Origin: Candidatus Heimdallarchaeota archaeon
GTDB taxonomy: Archaea; Asgardarchaeota; Heimdallarchaeia; Heimdallarchaeales; Kariarchaeaceae
Length of the DNA: 32,836 nt
Assembly: GCA_015523565.1 (NCBI GenBank)
Contig: WAKA01000020.1
Location: forward strand, 1-32,836
Direction of reading: 5' to 3'
A model generated the notes under the pieces. That model saw only the letters and a list, made by a program, of their open reading frames with translations, was not told the DNA's origin and did not search any database. Both the position numbers and the translations under genes were made by a program. Numbering within the stretch: the first letter of the stretch is position 1; each line of letters begins with the position of its first letter. Below, piece by piece: positions 8,362 through 18,038 of this stretch.

Positions 8362-9942
8362 ATGGCAACCATACTCACCATTGACCAAGTTACAAAAGAC
8401 CTCATCCCAGATGGATCATTCATTGCGATAGGAGGGGTTCATTCACATAATGCTCCAATGGCACTGATCAGGCAGATCATAAGGGAGGGGGTAAAAGACC
8501 TTACAGTATTGGGATCCATCTCAACAGGATTGCCGATTGATTTGCTTGTGGCAACTAAATCAGTCAAAAAAATTCTGGCACCATACGTAGGCATGGAAAT
8601 GTGGGGACTTGCACCCAATTACAGAAAAGCTGTTGAACAGGGAGAGGTGGTGGCTCCTGATGTATGCGAGGCATTCCCAATTTATGGATTAAGAGCCTCG
8701 ATAAATGGCATTCCCTTCCATCCATTCCCGCCCAATGTGCATAAGTCATCAGACATCCCTTCACAATCAGAATATTACAAGAAAGTAACTGACCCGTTTT
8801 CTGGTGAAGAAACCTATGCGATTGCCGCCATACATCCTGACATTGCATTGATCCATGTACAGAATGCAACGGTTTCAGGAGATTGTGAGCATCTTGGATC
8901 TGTTGTATTGGATCGGCTTATGGCAGAAGCATCCAAACTTACGATTGTGACCTGTGACAATTTGGTGAACACAATCGATACAAGAAATGTGACCATTCCA
9001 GGATTTTTGGTCGATTATATCGTCCCCCTCAAGGGTGCGGCTTTCCCAACCTCATCACATGGAATGTATGTCTATGATGAGACCACAATCAAAGGATACT
9101 TGAAAGCTTCAAAAAATCAAGAGGAACTACAAAGGTGGATAGATGGATTCAAAAATTCAAATGAGGAAGAGTACTTGTCCAAGCAGACCCTGACCACGGA
9201 ATTGAGAGGAAAACCAAATACAGGAGAATATACAATTTCAGAGCTTATTGCAACGGTATTTAGTAGGGACATCAAGGATGGAGAATTGGGGATCTGTGGA
9301 GCTGTTGCTGAAATTCCCATGGCCGCCATGAGGTTGGCTGAAAGATTGCATGCCCCCAATTTAAGGTGGATTTCAGGAGGATCTGGTTATATCAATCCAA
9401 GAGGAGTGCTATATCCATCCTCGACGGATTTTGAAATGTCAAGGAATGCCAATGCAAGACTTTCCATGAATGAGGTAATCGCCATGGAAATGACAAAAAT
9501 TGACTTTTTCTTTGCTGGAGGATTACAGATTGATGCAAGAGGCAGTACAAATTTGGGAGGAATACCGTCGGAAAGCGGTTGGAAACTGCGTGGACCAGGA
9601 AGTGTAGGCCTTCCATTCCTGCCTCAAGCTGGAAGAGTGTATCTTTATACCCTTTCACATAACAAGAGGTCACTTGTTGAAAAGGTGGCATATGTTTCAG
9701 GACCAGGAGCCATTGGAGAGGGCGGATCAAAACCGTCACTATTGGTTACAAACCTTTGTGTCTTTAGATGGAAGGGCAGATGGACATTGGAATCCTTGCA
9801 TCCCGGAGTAACCCTTGAAGATGTGGTTGAGAACACAGGATTTGAGTTTGATATTCCAGAAACCGTACAAACAACAAAACCACCAACACAAGAAGAATTA
9901 ACTATTCTTCGAGAAATAGATAAGTTAGGTGTCCTGAAATGA
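8362..9942 (+). CDS. Fused alpha+beta family I CoA-transferase-fold protein (GctAB/IpdAB-like)
   Basis: N-half IPDG..IAIGG...PMALIR..I..G.KDLT (GctA-like). C-half HAPNL, DFFFAGGLQID..G.TN, GPGS, LVTNLCVF, SLHPGVT...V.ENTGF (GctB-like). Confidence 0.85.
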   Translation: MATILTIDQVTKDLIPDGSFIAIGGVHSHNAPMALIRQIIREGVKDLTVLGSISTGLPIDLLVATKSVKKILAPYVGMEMWGLAPNYRKAVEQGEVVAPDVCEAFPIYGLRASINGIPFHPFPPNVHKSSDIPSQSEYYKKVTDPFSGEETYAIAAIHPDIALIHVQNATVSGDCEHLGSVVLDRLMAEASKLTIVTCDNLVNTIDTRNVTIPGFLVDYIVPLKGAAFPTSSHGMYVYDETTIKGYLKASKNQEELQRWIDGFKNSNEEEYLSKQTLTTELRGKPNTGEYTISELIATVFSRDIKDGELGICGAVAEIPMAAMRLAERLHAPNLRWISGGSGYINPRGVLYPSSTDFEMSRNANARLSMNEVIAMEMTKIDFFFAGGLQIDARGSTNLGGIPSESGWKLRGPGSVGLPFLPQAGRVYLYTLSHNKRSLVEKVAYVSGPGAIGEGGSKPSLLVTNLCVFRWKGRWTLESLHPGVTLEDVVENTGFEFDIPETVQTTKPPTQEELTILREIDKLGVLK

Positions 9943-10628
9943 ATGTATTGGTCATTGGTGCATTGGGGGGAATTGGTAAGGCAACTGTAAAAAGACTCCA
10001 GCAGTCAGGATATGAAGTAATCTCAGCAGATATACCTGTAATTGAGGATAAAAATTATATTGCAGTTGATGTTGCTGATTACAACTCAGTTAATCGGCTG
10101 TTTGGGGAATTGGAACATAAGGGGATCAAAATATCAGGGATTGTGAATTTGGCAGGGATTACAAGAGACAGGACATTGTTGAAAATGAACCATGAGGAAT
10201 GGGAAAACGTAATTTCAGTCAACCTTACAGGAAGTTTCAATGTACTTAAGCGGGGGGCGGAACACATGAAGATGCATGGAAAAGGTTCCATTGTCCTGAT
10301 TGGATCCACTGCCGCGTTGAATGGCAATTTTGGACAGACAAACTACAGTGCCTCAAAAGCAGGGATACAAGGTCTTGTGAGATCCGCGAGTAGGGAACTT
10401 GCACGGAATGGCATACGTGTCAATTGTGTCATTCCAGGGTTAATAGAAACGCCAATGTCCGCAAAGATACCAAAGGAAAGATGGGAAACCATTCTTAAGA
10501 TAATTCCGCTTGGAAGGGCAGGCAAACCTGAAGAGGTTGCAAATCTCATCAATTTTTTAATTTCCGACGAATCCTCATATATTACTGGTTCCTCGATGCT
10601 TGTCGACGGCGGATTAAGAATGTCCTGA
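9939..10628 (+). CDS. Short-chain dehydrogenase/reductase (3-oxoacyl-/3-hydroxyacyl-CoA, FabG/PhaB-like)
   Basis: GALGGIG, NLAGITRD, GQTNYSASK, VNCVIPG, YITG...VDGG. ATGA overlap with the upstream gene. Confidence 0.85.
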   Translation: MNVLVIGALGGIGKATVKRLQQSGYEVISADIPVIEDKNYIAVDVADYNSVNRLFGELEHKGIKISGIVNLAGITRDRTLLKMNHEEWENVISVNLTGSFNVLKRGAEHMKMHGKGSIVLIGSTAALNGNFGQTNYSASKAGIQGLVRSASRELARNGIRVNCVIPGLIETPMSAKIPKERWETILKIIPLGRAGKPEEVANLINFLISDESSYITGSSMLVDGGLRMS

Positions 10629-12488
10629 TCATTCATAAAAATCATTGACACCGTTTTTTCGAGCGTAGTGAATGACAGGTAATAGAAGGGTAAAAGGATA
10701 AAACATTTCAAGAGTTTTGTAGAGGTAGCCATCGACAGTTTCCCTAATTTGAAAGAATATTATGAAATCATCGGGATTCAAGCTTGAAGAATTGAAGACA
10801 CTTAAGCCACTGAAAATCAGGAGAACCTGGGTGGTTGAAAAGAATGTGCGATATTGGACAGGAATGGAATAGAATTGATGAACGTCATTCCATCCTGCGT
10901 AGATTAATTTCTCCTCCCCATTTATTGAAAGAATGACGTCAAGACGCCAATTCACGGAAAGCGGTTGATCTAAGGGCAAGACATTTTCGGGGTCACTGAC
11001 ATATTTTACATCGACAATGGAGATTTTGTCATCGTTGAATTGGATGACATCACCAACTTTCCCGTCAACATCTGTAACTTTTGTGGAGTAATGGGAAGCA
11101 AGCATTCCAAGAATAAGAAATAAAAGGAAAAGATGAGGCATGATTCTCATTGTTTTTCGAAAGGTGATTTTTTTGGGGATCGGCGGTACATTCCTCCCAT
11201 GGAACAAAAATCCCAAGAAGACAAGAAAAATGAAATAATAATAACCAAGTTTTGGAGGAGAGACCATAAGTGGGATTCCCACAAAAATGACGAGAACAGA
11301 GAACAAAACCAAGGAATTTTGTGAGAAAGAAAGAGCCAATGTATCTTTCAGGTCACGAAACAATGTCAAGGACAAGGGGAACAATAACAAGGTCAGAACA
11401 ATGAAGTGGTAAAACCCTTTGTTTGGGCTTAACTTTTTCCCAATTACAAAACCATACACTGTTAATGAAAATATGCCTGTTGAGAGAATGATAATGATCA
11501 AAAAGTTGGCCATGAGCCAAACTGAGGCACCCCTATCCTTAAAGGAAAGATCAATGTGATATGTTTTTGGCATATCCAAAAATATTATTGGGATTATTGA
11601 AAAGAGAAAGAGAGTAAGGAATATCCACATTTGAGATGAAGTTGCATAGCTATGCGGATCACGGAGTATTCCGCTTCTGATTATGGCGGTAGAAAGCAGG
11701 ATGGCAGGAAAGGTGAATTGCATTGATTTCAATTGGGTTTGCCATGAATAGCTGGCAAAATGGAATGGCAATATGGAACACATGAATATAAATAGAGTGA
11801 GAATTTCAACAGGGTCCCAAGTCCAATGTCCGCCCCAAAGGACTTCGTAAGACCAAAATGCACCAGATACGATGGCAGACGCGAAAAGAAAGACCATAAA
11901 GGCATTCATGATTTTCAGATTCTTGAATTGGGAATAGGAAACCTCCCTGCCAAAAATCGAATATGAATATAAGAAAAATGCAATAGAATAACCAAAAAAA
12001 GACAATGGCGGATGAATGTCAATATAGAAAGAACGAAGGCTTGGCGGAATGCCCAATCCCATCTCGTATCCAAGAGTCGAATACTCAAAAGGATTCTGAA
12101 AATAAAGCCCAAAAGCGATCATTAAGACAAAGGAAGAGAACAAAAGTTGAGATTTCCGAATTTGTGCCCAAAGGGATTGGATGAATTGAAATGAGACAAG
12201 GATGGTGAACCAAAGGAAAAGACTGCCCGTTGCATTTGACCAGCTTGCAAAAAGTCTTTCAGAACTATCCATTCCCCTTGAAAGAGTATGGGCAACAATT
12301 GCGTATCGAGTGTCTGAATGGATGAACAGGAAAATGAATCCAACAAACAATGACCATGAAAGGAGAGTCAAAAAACCAGATAGCAGAACTGAGAGCCTTT
12401 GATTTATTTTAAGCAACAGGCCAACGATATACAATGCCTGGAATGACAGGATTAAATAGAAAAAAACCATGAGATGCAAAGTTCTCAC
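10629..12488 (-). CDS. ccmF: Cytochrome c maturation heme lyase CcmF
   Basis: W...GSL.LW, NPF, IHPP, WSY..LWGGHWTWDPVE (WWD domain), RSGI...HSYA and a later PH. Multi-TM. Confidence 0.88.
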   Translation of the reverse strand: MRTLHLMVFFYLILSFQALYIVGLLLKINQRLSVLLSGFLTLLSWSLFVGFIFLFIHSDTRYAIVAHTLSRGMDSSERLFASWSNATGSLFLWFTILVSFQFIQSLWAQIRKSQLLFSSFVLMIAFGLYFQNPFEYSTLGYEMGLGIPPSLRSFYIDIHPPLSFFGYSIAFFLYSYSIFGREVSYSQFKNLKIMNAFMVFLFASAIVSGAFWSYEVLWGGHWTWDPVEILTLFIFMCSILPFHFASYSWQTQLKSMQFTFPAILLSTAIIRSGILRDPHSYATSSQMWIFLTLFLFSIIPIIFLDMPKTYHIDLSFKDRGASVWLMANFLIIIILSTGIFSLTVYGFVIGKKLSPNKGFYHFIVLTLLLFPLSLTLFRDLKDTLALSFSQNSLVLFSVLVIFVGIPLMVSPPKLGYYYFIFLVFLGFLFHGRNVPPIPKKITFRKTMRIMPHLFLLFLILGMLASHYSTKVTDVDGKVGDVIQFNDDKISIVDVKYVSDPENVLPLDQPLSVNWRLDVILSINGEEKLIYAGWNDVHQFYSIPVQYRTFFSTTQVLLIFSGLSVFNSSSLNPDDFIIFFQIRETVDGYLYKTLEMFYPFTLLLPVIHYARKNGVNDFYE

Positions 12489-13947
12489 CCAAGCTTTTCA
12501 ACTGTTTCAATTATTTTCTTTCGCATTTCTTCTGTACTCAGCGGGTCATAAAATTCAAATTTTTCAAAAATCATGTTTGTGCCACGTGGCATGATTATCA
12601 ATTCATTTACGGAGTACGTATCAAATTCAAATGTGAGAATTGCCTCATATTTATCTCCAAGAATACGGAGTGACCCCATCTGTGGGTTTTCATGAGGAAT
12701 AAGAACCAAATCCGTTATTGGAACCCCTAAAACGTCCTCAAATTCTTCTTTCTTGGAAATTGGATCTTGAATTAATTCTGGAAGTAGAGCAGATAGCTTT
12801 CCATCAAAATAAAGCAGGTCATCTTCTTTTCTGATGGCATAGATGTTTACCGAGAAGGCGAGAATCAAACCGATAAAGAGTATGGATGAGATAATCTCAA
12901 ATGTTTCTTCAAGCCAGACGGGAATGAATTTGGTATCCAAAATTGAGAGACTTGAAATTTGGTTGAGTGCCAAGAGGGCATCGTGAATTGTATCCAATCC
13001 TGATTCTTCAGATGAGCTACTCTCTACTAAGGCACGATTGATTTTAGAGCCCAATTCTTGAATGGCAGGACCATACAAATCAGTAATTTCTTGAGCTGTC
13101 AAACCCAATCGTTTAAGGGAGATTATTGCATATGCAGTGGCTTCCATCGTAGGTTGTGAAACAGCATTTGGTTTAAAGCCTTTTTCACCAGTATATTGTG
13201 AATCAATCCATGAAACCAATGCATTTTTGTTGAACCCATAACTTTCATAAAGAGTGATACTTGTATTCAACTTAAAAATAATGGAAGAGACAAAATAAGC
13301 ATTTTTCATGGTTGGCAATGAGCCTTCACCAAGCTCAATGATCCCACCATCAGAGTTTTGCATGGAATTGATGGCAATTGCGATTTTGGTGCGGTTGATC
13401 CCCAAGAAAAATTGAGTGGTGTTTGTGTAAAGCTTTTCAAGTGAAGAGATGCCGTAGAAACTCTCCTCTAGTTCACCGATATATTGATGGAATGCATCTG
13501 TTTCCCCATATTCCCTAAAAAGGCTATCACTGGTTTGCAATGAAAGTATTGCGGAAATTATTTTGTGCGGTTATATTGATCAATTGCATTGAATTTGGAC
13601 AAAAGAGCCAATGCCGCCCATGTTGTATGAAGAGACGGTTCACCATCCCTATCCAAGAAAAGATTTGTTTGATTGTCGTATCTGGATTTAATGAAATTTA
13701 AAATAGGGGCAGAATTAAAGCCAGAAAGCCTATTGAGGATGTCCAATGAACTGACAGCATAAAAAGAGCTCAAAATTGAAGGAGTGGAGGATCCTTTGTG
13801 AGTAACAAAAACACCATTTTGGTTAAATGAGTTTATCTCATCGACAATGACATCTTGCTTGCTTGGTTCAAATGATATTATGAGACCATAAGCTAAAATG
13901 TCAAGGATTGTCAAGGCAACAAACATATATTTATACACAATCGCCAT
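12485..13947 (-). pseudogene. Prenyltransferase/squalene-cyclase-repeat membrane protein split by a 1-nt frameshift near 13561-13564 (ORFs 13558..13947 and 12485..13540)
   Basis: Both ORFs carry the same alpha/alpha repeats (QNSDGG, PTMEATAYAI..L, PSLHTTWAAL..L). One extra A in ACAAAATAA joins them as ...YNRTK-IISAILSLQTSD..., giving about 487 aa. Confidence 0.7.
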
Positions 13948-13982
13948 TTAATACAGGCTGTATTTGATGAATTATTTTTTCA

Positions 13983-16781
13983 TCAATCAGATTTCTCTTC
14001 CCAAGTCATTTCTGCAATACTCTGGTAGTTAAATGGTGAAGAATCCCGAGGCATAGATTGTGGCAGGAAATGACCAGGTTCACTTTCTTTTTTCTCCAAT
14101 TTATTCAGGAGATGATGACGAGCCCTTAGAATGTCGTCAGCCTGTACAACAGCAATGTCATTGATTTCAAGCCATTCATACAGGGCAGTTATGGCATCTA
14201 GTTCAGTCTGATCACCAAAAAACATTACAATTGCGTCAGGATGCACCCCATTTTCAACAAGAACGGTTGCCAAGATTTTCGGGACTTCACCAGGTTCCCT
14301 GCCTCTCCTATTCCAATCCTCCTTAAGGAAATACCGGTCATAATGTCCAGCCACGATTTCCGCGGCATGCTTGATGGTGCTGTCAGGTCTATCACCAGGC
14401 ATTCCAAAGACGATTGCCTTACGTCCGATTCCATGCTGATCCTTGTGAAATCCTTCAACAAGCATTATCTGAGATTTTAGGGCGTCTGGGTTGTGGCCAT
14501 AGTCGATAATGACTCTGGCACCCTTTACAAATTCAATATTCATCCTTCCAGGGGTTAGTGAATAATTTGTGGTGAATGAAGAGAGTCCAGCCCGAATATC
14601 CTCTATCGAGACAAAAGGTATTGTTGCAGCCACAACAAACATGGCATTGACAATGTTGAAGACTGCATGACCGTTATGGCAGGCAGGGATTGACTTCACA
14701 TGCAAAATAGAGGTCTGGGACTTATTCTGGATCAATTGAATCATGCCGTTTGGTGTAATTGTAACGGCGTCACCACCAGATGCAACATGATCCAGTAATT
14801 TTGGGTTTTTATAGTTCAAGGAGACCAAGACGGGCTTGCCACGAATTCTGTCGATCTGATCCATGACAAGGGGATCGTCGGCATTTATGACACCATATCC
14901 GACATCTTTTTTGACTTGATCCAAAACAACCCCCTTGACTTCTGCGAGATCCTCCAATGTTTCAACACCCCCCAATCCCAAGTGATCCTCAGAAATATTC
15001 AGCAAGCAACCGACATCACAATAGTCCCATCCCAACCCCTCCCTGAGAATGCCACCACGAGCAGTTTCCAATACTGCAAAATCAACAGTCGGATCTTTCA
15101 GCACTGCCTTTGCACTCCATGGACCCGTACAATCCCCGACGTATTGCAATTCACCATCAATGTAAATCCCGTCTGTGGTGGTAAGCCCTACTTTTCGACC
15201 AGAAAGTTTCAGCACATGTGCAATCCACCTTGACACTGTTGTTTTGCCATTTGTGCCAGTTACCGCGATCAGGGGGATGCGACCGTCATTCCCATCAGGG
15301 AACAGCATGTCTACGATCGGTTTTGCCACATTTCTGTTGGTTCCTTCAGTGGGCTCCAAATGCATTCTCAAACCAGGTGCCGCGTTTACCTCTATGATAA
15401 CACCCCGTTGCGAAAGGATTGGAATAGAAATGTCTTCTGCGATGATATCAACACCTGCGATATCCAATCCGATTGTTTTGACGGCTCGTTCAGCCAATCG
15501 GATGTTGTCATAGTGAATGATATCGGATACATCAACTGCAGTCCCACCAGTTGAAAGATTGGCAGTTGCCTTTAGTTGCACAAAACGACCTTTTTCAGGC
15601 ACATCATCAAGGGTCAATCCTTGACTTTCCAGCAGGTCAAGGGAAGATTGATCCAACGTAATCCTTGTAAGTACCTTTTCATGACCAATTCCACGTCTAG
15701 GGTCTTCATTCACGATCCTCACCAACTCATCAACAGTGTGGATGCCATCACCCACAACATGGGCAGGAATTCGTTGAGCCGCAGCAATAAATTGCCCATT
15801 CACAACCAAGACACGATAATCATTGCCTTGGACATACTGTTCCACAATTACATAGCGAGAATACTCTTTAGCCTTTTCAAACCCTTTCCTTAGATCATTC
15901 TCGTCTTCTATGTTAAGTGTCACCCCCCTCCCATGAGAAACATCAGAGGGTTTGGTCACCACAGGATAGCCAATCCGGTTCGCCTCTTCCAATGCCCCCT
16001 CAAAAGTTGTGACCTCTGCACCGCGTGGAACCGGAATGCCGACATCATATAGCATTTGAAGGGTCAGTTCCTTCTCTTGAGCGATTTCAGTTGCAATATA
16101 GGATGTCAAGCTACTAGTGGATGCCCAAATGCGTTTTTGTTTGTATCCCCATCCAAATTGCACCAAGCTCCATTTCTTCTTAAGCCGAATCGAGGGGATT
16201 CCCCGGTTTTCAGCCTCCCGTACAATTGCACCAGTGGTTGGTCCATAGGCATATTCTTCCGCAATACGGATAACTTTTGCCAAGGAAAGTCCCCAATCAA
16301 ATTCAGGGTATCGGGTTGGATCAATGCAATAATTTACAACCTGTTGAGCCAAATCAGTGGAAGCAAGTGCAGTCTCCTCATTCTTGTATTCGTAAACCAC
16401 GTTATACACACTTTCTTTACCTGTTCTGCCCAATCGATTGCGGATCTGCCTTGTTTTGCCGAATGAAACGGCAATTCCAGCAAGATTCTGTATCTCTATG
16501 GCAACATGCTCAAAAATATGCCCCATCCATGTCCCCTCATCCTCTGTGAGCCTACGGACAAAACCTCCCTTGACCCCTAAACTACAGGTATGTTCTGCCA
16601 ATGTGGGGACAAGATCTAAAAGCCGTTCATTGAAGCCATCTAGTTTCATGGAAGGATAGTCTTCCAAATCACCAATGTCAACGACCACATGCATTGCTTT
16701 TCTGTAATGGTAGATATTGGGACCGCGATAGACCCGTTTCGACACAATCTCCAAATAAAGGTCGGGTTGCATTGTATTCAT
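13983..16781 (-). CDS. cphA: Cyanophycin synthetase (CphA1)
   Basis: N domain GPNIY and EHTCS...GHIFEH. ATP-grasp GPTT..IV..A..RGIP, VTKP....HGRGV, TANLSTGG, EVNAAPGLRMH. Mur-ligase VTGTNGKTT, ETARGGILREGL, DHLG, PGRMN, DYGHNP. ATG at 16781 (ORF track begins at TTG 16784). Confidence 0.96.
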   Translation of the reverse strand: MNTMQPDLYLEIVSKRVYRGPNIYHYRKAMHVVVDIGDLEDYPSMKLDGFNERLLDLVPTLAEHTCSLGVKGGFVRRLTEDEGTWMGHIFEHVAIEIQNLAGIAVSFGKTRQIRNRLGRTGKESVYNVVYEYKNEETALASTDLAQQVVNYCIDPTRYPEFDWGLSLAKVIRIAEEYAYGPTTGAIVREAENRGIPSIRLKKKWSLVQFGWGYKQKRIWASTSSLTSYIATEIAQEKELTLQMLYDVGIPVPRGAEVTTFEGALEEANRIGYPVVTKPSDVSHGRGVTLNIEDENDLRKGFEKAKEYSRYVIVEQYVQGNDYRVLVVNGQFIAAAQRIPAHVVGDGIHTVDELVRIVNEDPRRGIGHEKVLTRITLDQSSLDLLESQGLTLDDVPEKGRFVQLKATANLSTGGTAVDVSDIIHYDNIRLAERAVKTIGLDIAGVDIIAEDISIPILSQRGVIIEVNAAPGLRMHLEPTEGTNRNVAKPIVDMLFPDGNDGRIPLIAVTGTNGKTTVSRWIAHVLKLSGRKVGLTTTDGIYIDGELQYVGDCTGPWSAKAVLKDPTVDFAVLETARGGILREGLGWDYCDVGCLLNISEDHLGLGGVETLEDLAEVKGVVLDQVKKDVGYGVINADDPLVMDQIDRIRGKPVLVSLNYKNPKLLDHVASGGDAVTITPNGMIQLIQNKSQTSILHVKSIPACHNGHAVFNIVNAMFVVAATIPFVSIEDIRAGLSSFTTNYSLTPGRMNIEFVKGARVIIDYGHNPDALKSQIMLVEGFHKDQHGIGRKAIVFGMPGDRPDSTIKHAAEIVAGHYDRYFLKEDWNRRGREPGEVPKILATVLVENGVHPDAIVMFFGDQTELDAITALYEWLEINDIAVVQADDILRARHHLLNKLEKKESEPGHFLPQSMPRDSSPFNYQSIAEMTWEEKSD

Positions 16782-16792
16782 CAAAATTAGAA

Positions 16793-16812
16793 ATGTTAAA
16801 ACCTTTTAACAT
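16793..16812. promoter_or_regulatory. Perfect 9-bp inverted repeat overlapping the cphA TATA-like box
   Basis: ATGTTAAAA-cc-TTTTAACAT; minus-strand TTAAAAGG starts 28 nt before the cphA ATG. Confidence 0.5.
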
Positions 16813-17117
16813 AGAAAATGGCGAAATGTAAAGAGAAGGTCAAAATCGAGGAGGGGGAATCATTCTTGTTTATAGGATGAGATTTTATTGGATCAAATGC
16901 CAAACAGAAAAAAATGGATAGTATCAAGAATGGAAATATGAAAAAATGAGATTCAACCAATTCTTTTGATAGCTATTTTATTTCACTGTCGGATGCACCA
17001 TCCAGTTTTTGTGCAAAAACGATTTAGTCACTAAAATTGAATAGTTTTAGATTTTTGACGAGACAGTTTCACGATTCCCCATGGTTCAACCAGTATTTGA
17101 TTGGCAGTTCCATATCA

Positions 17118-18038
17118 TTATCTTATCCACATGGAAATTGCCACACCCATATACATCCAGAGATATGCTATTGCCATAAACATTGAAGCGAACTTGAAAA
17201 GTTTGAAAGTTGTTATATGATTGGGGTTTTGGAAGTTTTGCACTGAAAGTCGGATCAATACAATGCCGAACAGGATCAGCGGAAGTTGAGCCAACATATG
17301 GAGCCTTAAGGCATATCCTGTGGCAATGAGAAGAAAACCATCCAAGAATGATGCAATGGTCACAACATATCTTGTCTCCCTGATACCTGCGACAACAGGC
17401 CACATTGGCACCCCTGCATTTCGATAACCCTCCAGATTTTCAGGGAGGGTTGCAAGAGTCAAAATGTGGAGAGGGATCCATAAAAGGATGAAAAGGAGAA
17501 ACAAGACTGCCACCAAGTCGATTTTTCCGATGACCGCAGTCCTTCCCGCCATTGCAGGCAATCCGCCAGCGATTCCTCCAAATACAATAGACCATTTAGT
17601 CCTTCTTTTTAGCCACAATGAGTAGACAACAACATCAAAAAACAATCCTAGGGCAATAATGACTGCGGTCAGCATATTCAGGAAGTATGCAGCTCCAAAT
17701 ACACCACTAACGGAAAAGATGAAACCATGGTTCCGAACAGTGCTTGCACTTATCTTGCCAGAGGGTAAAGGGCGGTTCTGTGTCCTAGGCATTATTGCAT
17801 CGATATCCCTGTCGATGTACATGTTCAGAAGAGTGGATCCAGACACGGCAAAAAACATAGATATGGTGAGCAGGATCAAGTCTTTCAAAACAGGATAAGG
17901 ATGAGCGCTGATAAGATATGCAAAAACGGTTGTGTAGATAAGTAAAGAGGTTTGCTTTCCCTTTATCAATTCGCCATACATAGAAAAGGGAATAAAATTT
18001 GGATGCCGGTCTGCAGTTGTTAAACCATGTTCACTCAT
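17118..18038 (-). CDS. ctaB: Protoheme IX farnesyltransferase (heme O synthase, UbiA family)
   Basis: NMYIDRDID..M.RT..RPLPSG, YSLWLKRRT, GGIAGG.P..G, W.P.H...LA, Y..AGVPM. ATG at 18038 overlaps the upstream stop. Confidence 0.93.
   Translation of the reverse strand: MSEHGLTTADRHPNFIPFSMYGELIKGKQTSLLIYTTVFAYLISAHPYPVLKDLILLTISMFFAVSGSTLLNMYIDRDIDAIMPRTQNRPLPSGKISASTVRNHGFIFSVSGVFGAAYFLNMLTAVIIALGLFFDVVVYSLWLKRRTKWSIVFGGIAGGLPAMAGRTAVIGKIDLVAVLFLLFILLWIPLHILTLATLPENLEGYRNAGVPMWPVVAGIRETRYVVTIASFLDGFLLIATGYALRLHMLAQLPLILFGIVLIRLSVQNFQNPNHITTFKLFKFASMFMAIAYLWMYMGVAISMWIR

Noticed and set aside
13558-13560. Sec/Pyl or stop-codon read-through joining the two ORFs
   Set aside because: The stop is TAA and the downstream ORF is in a different frame.
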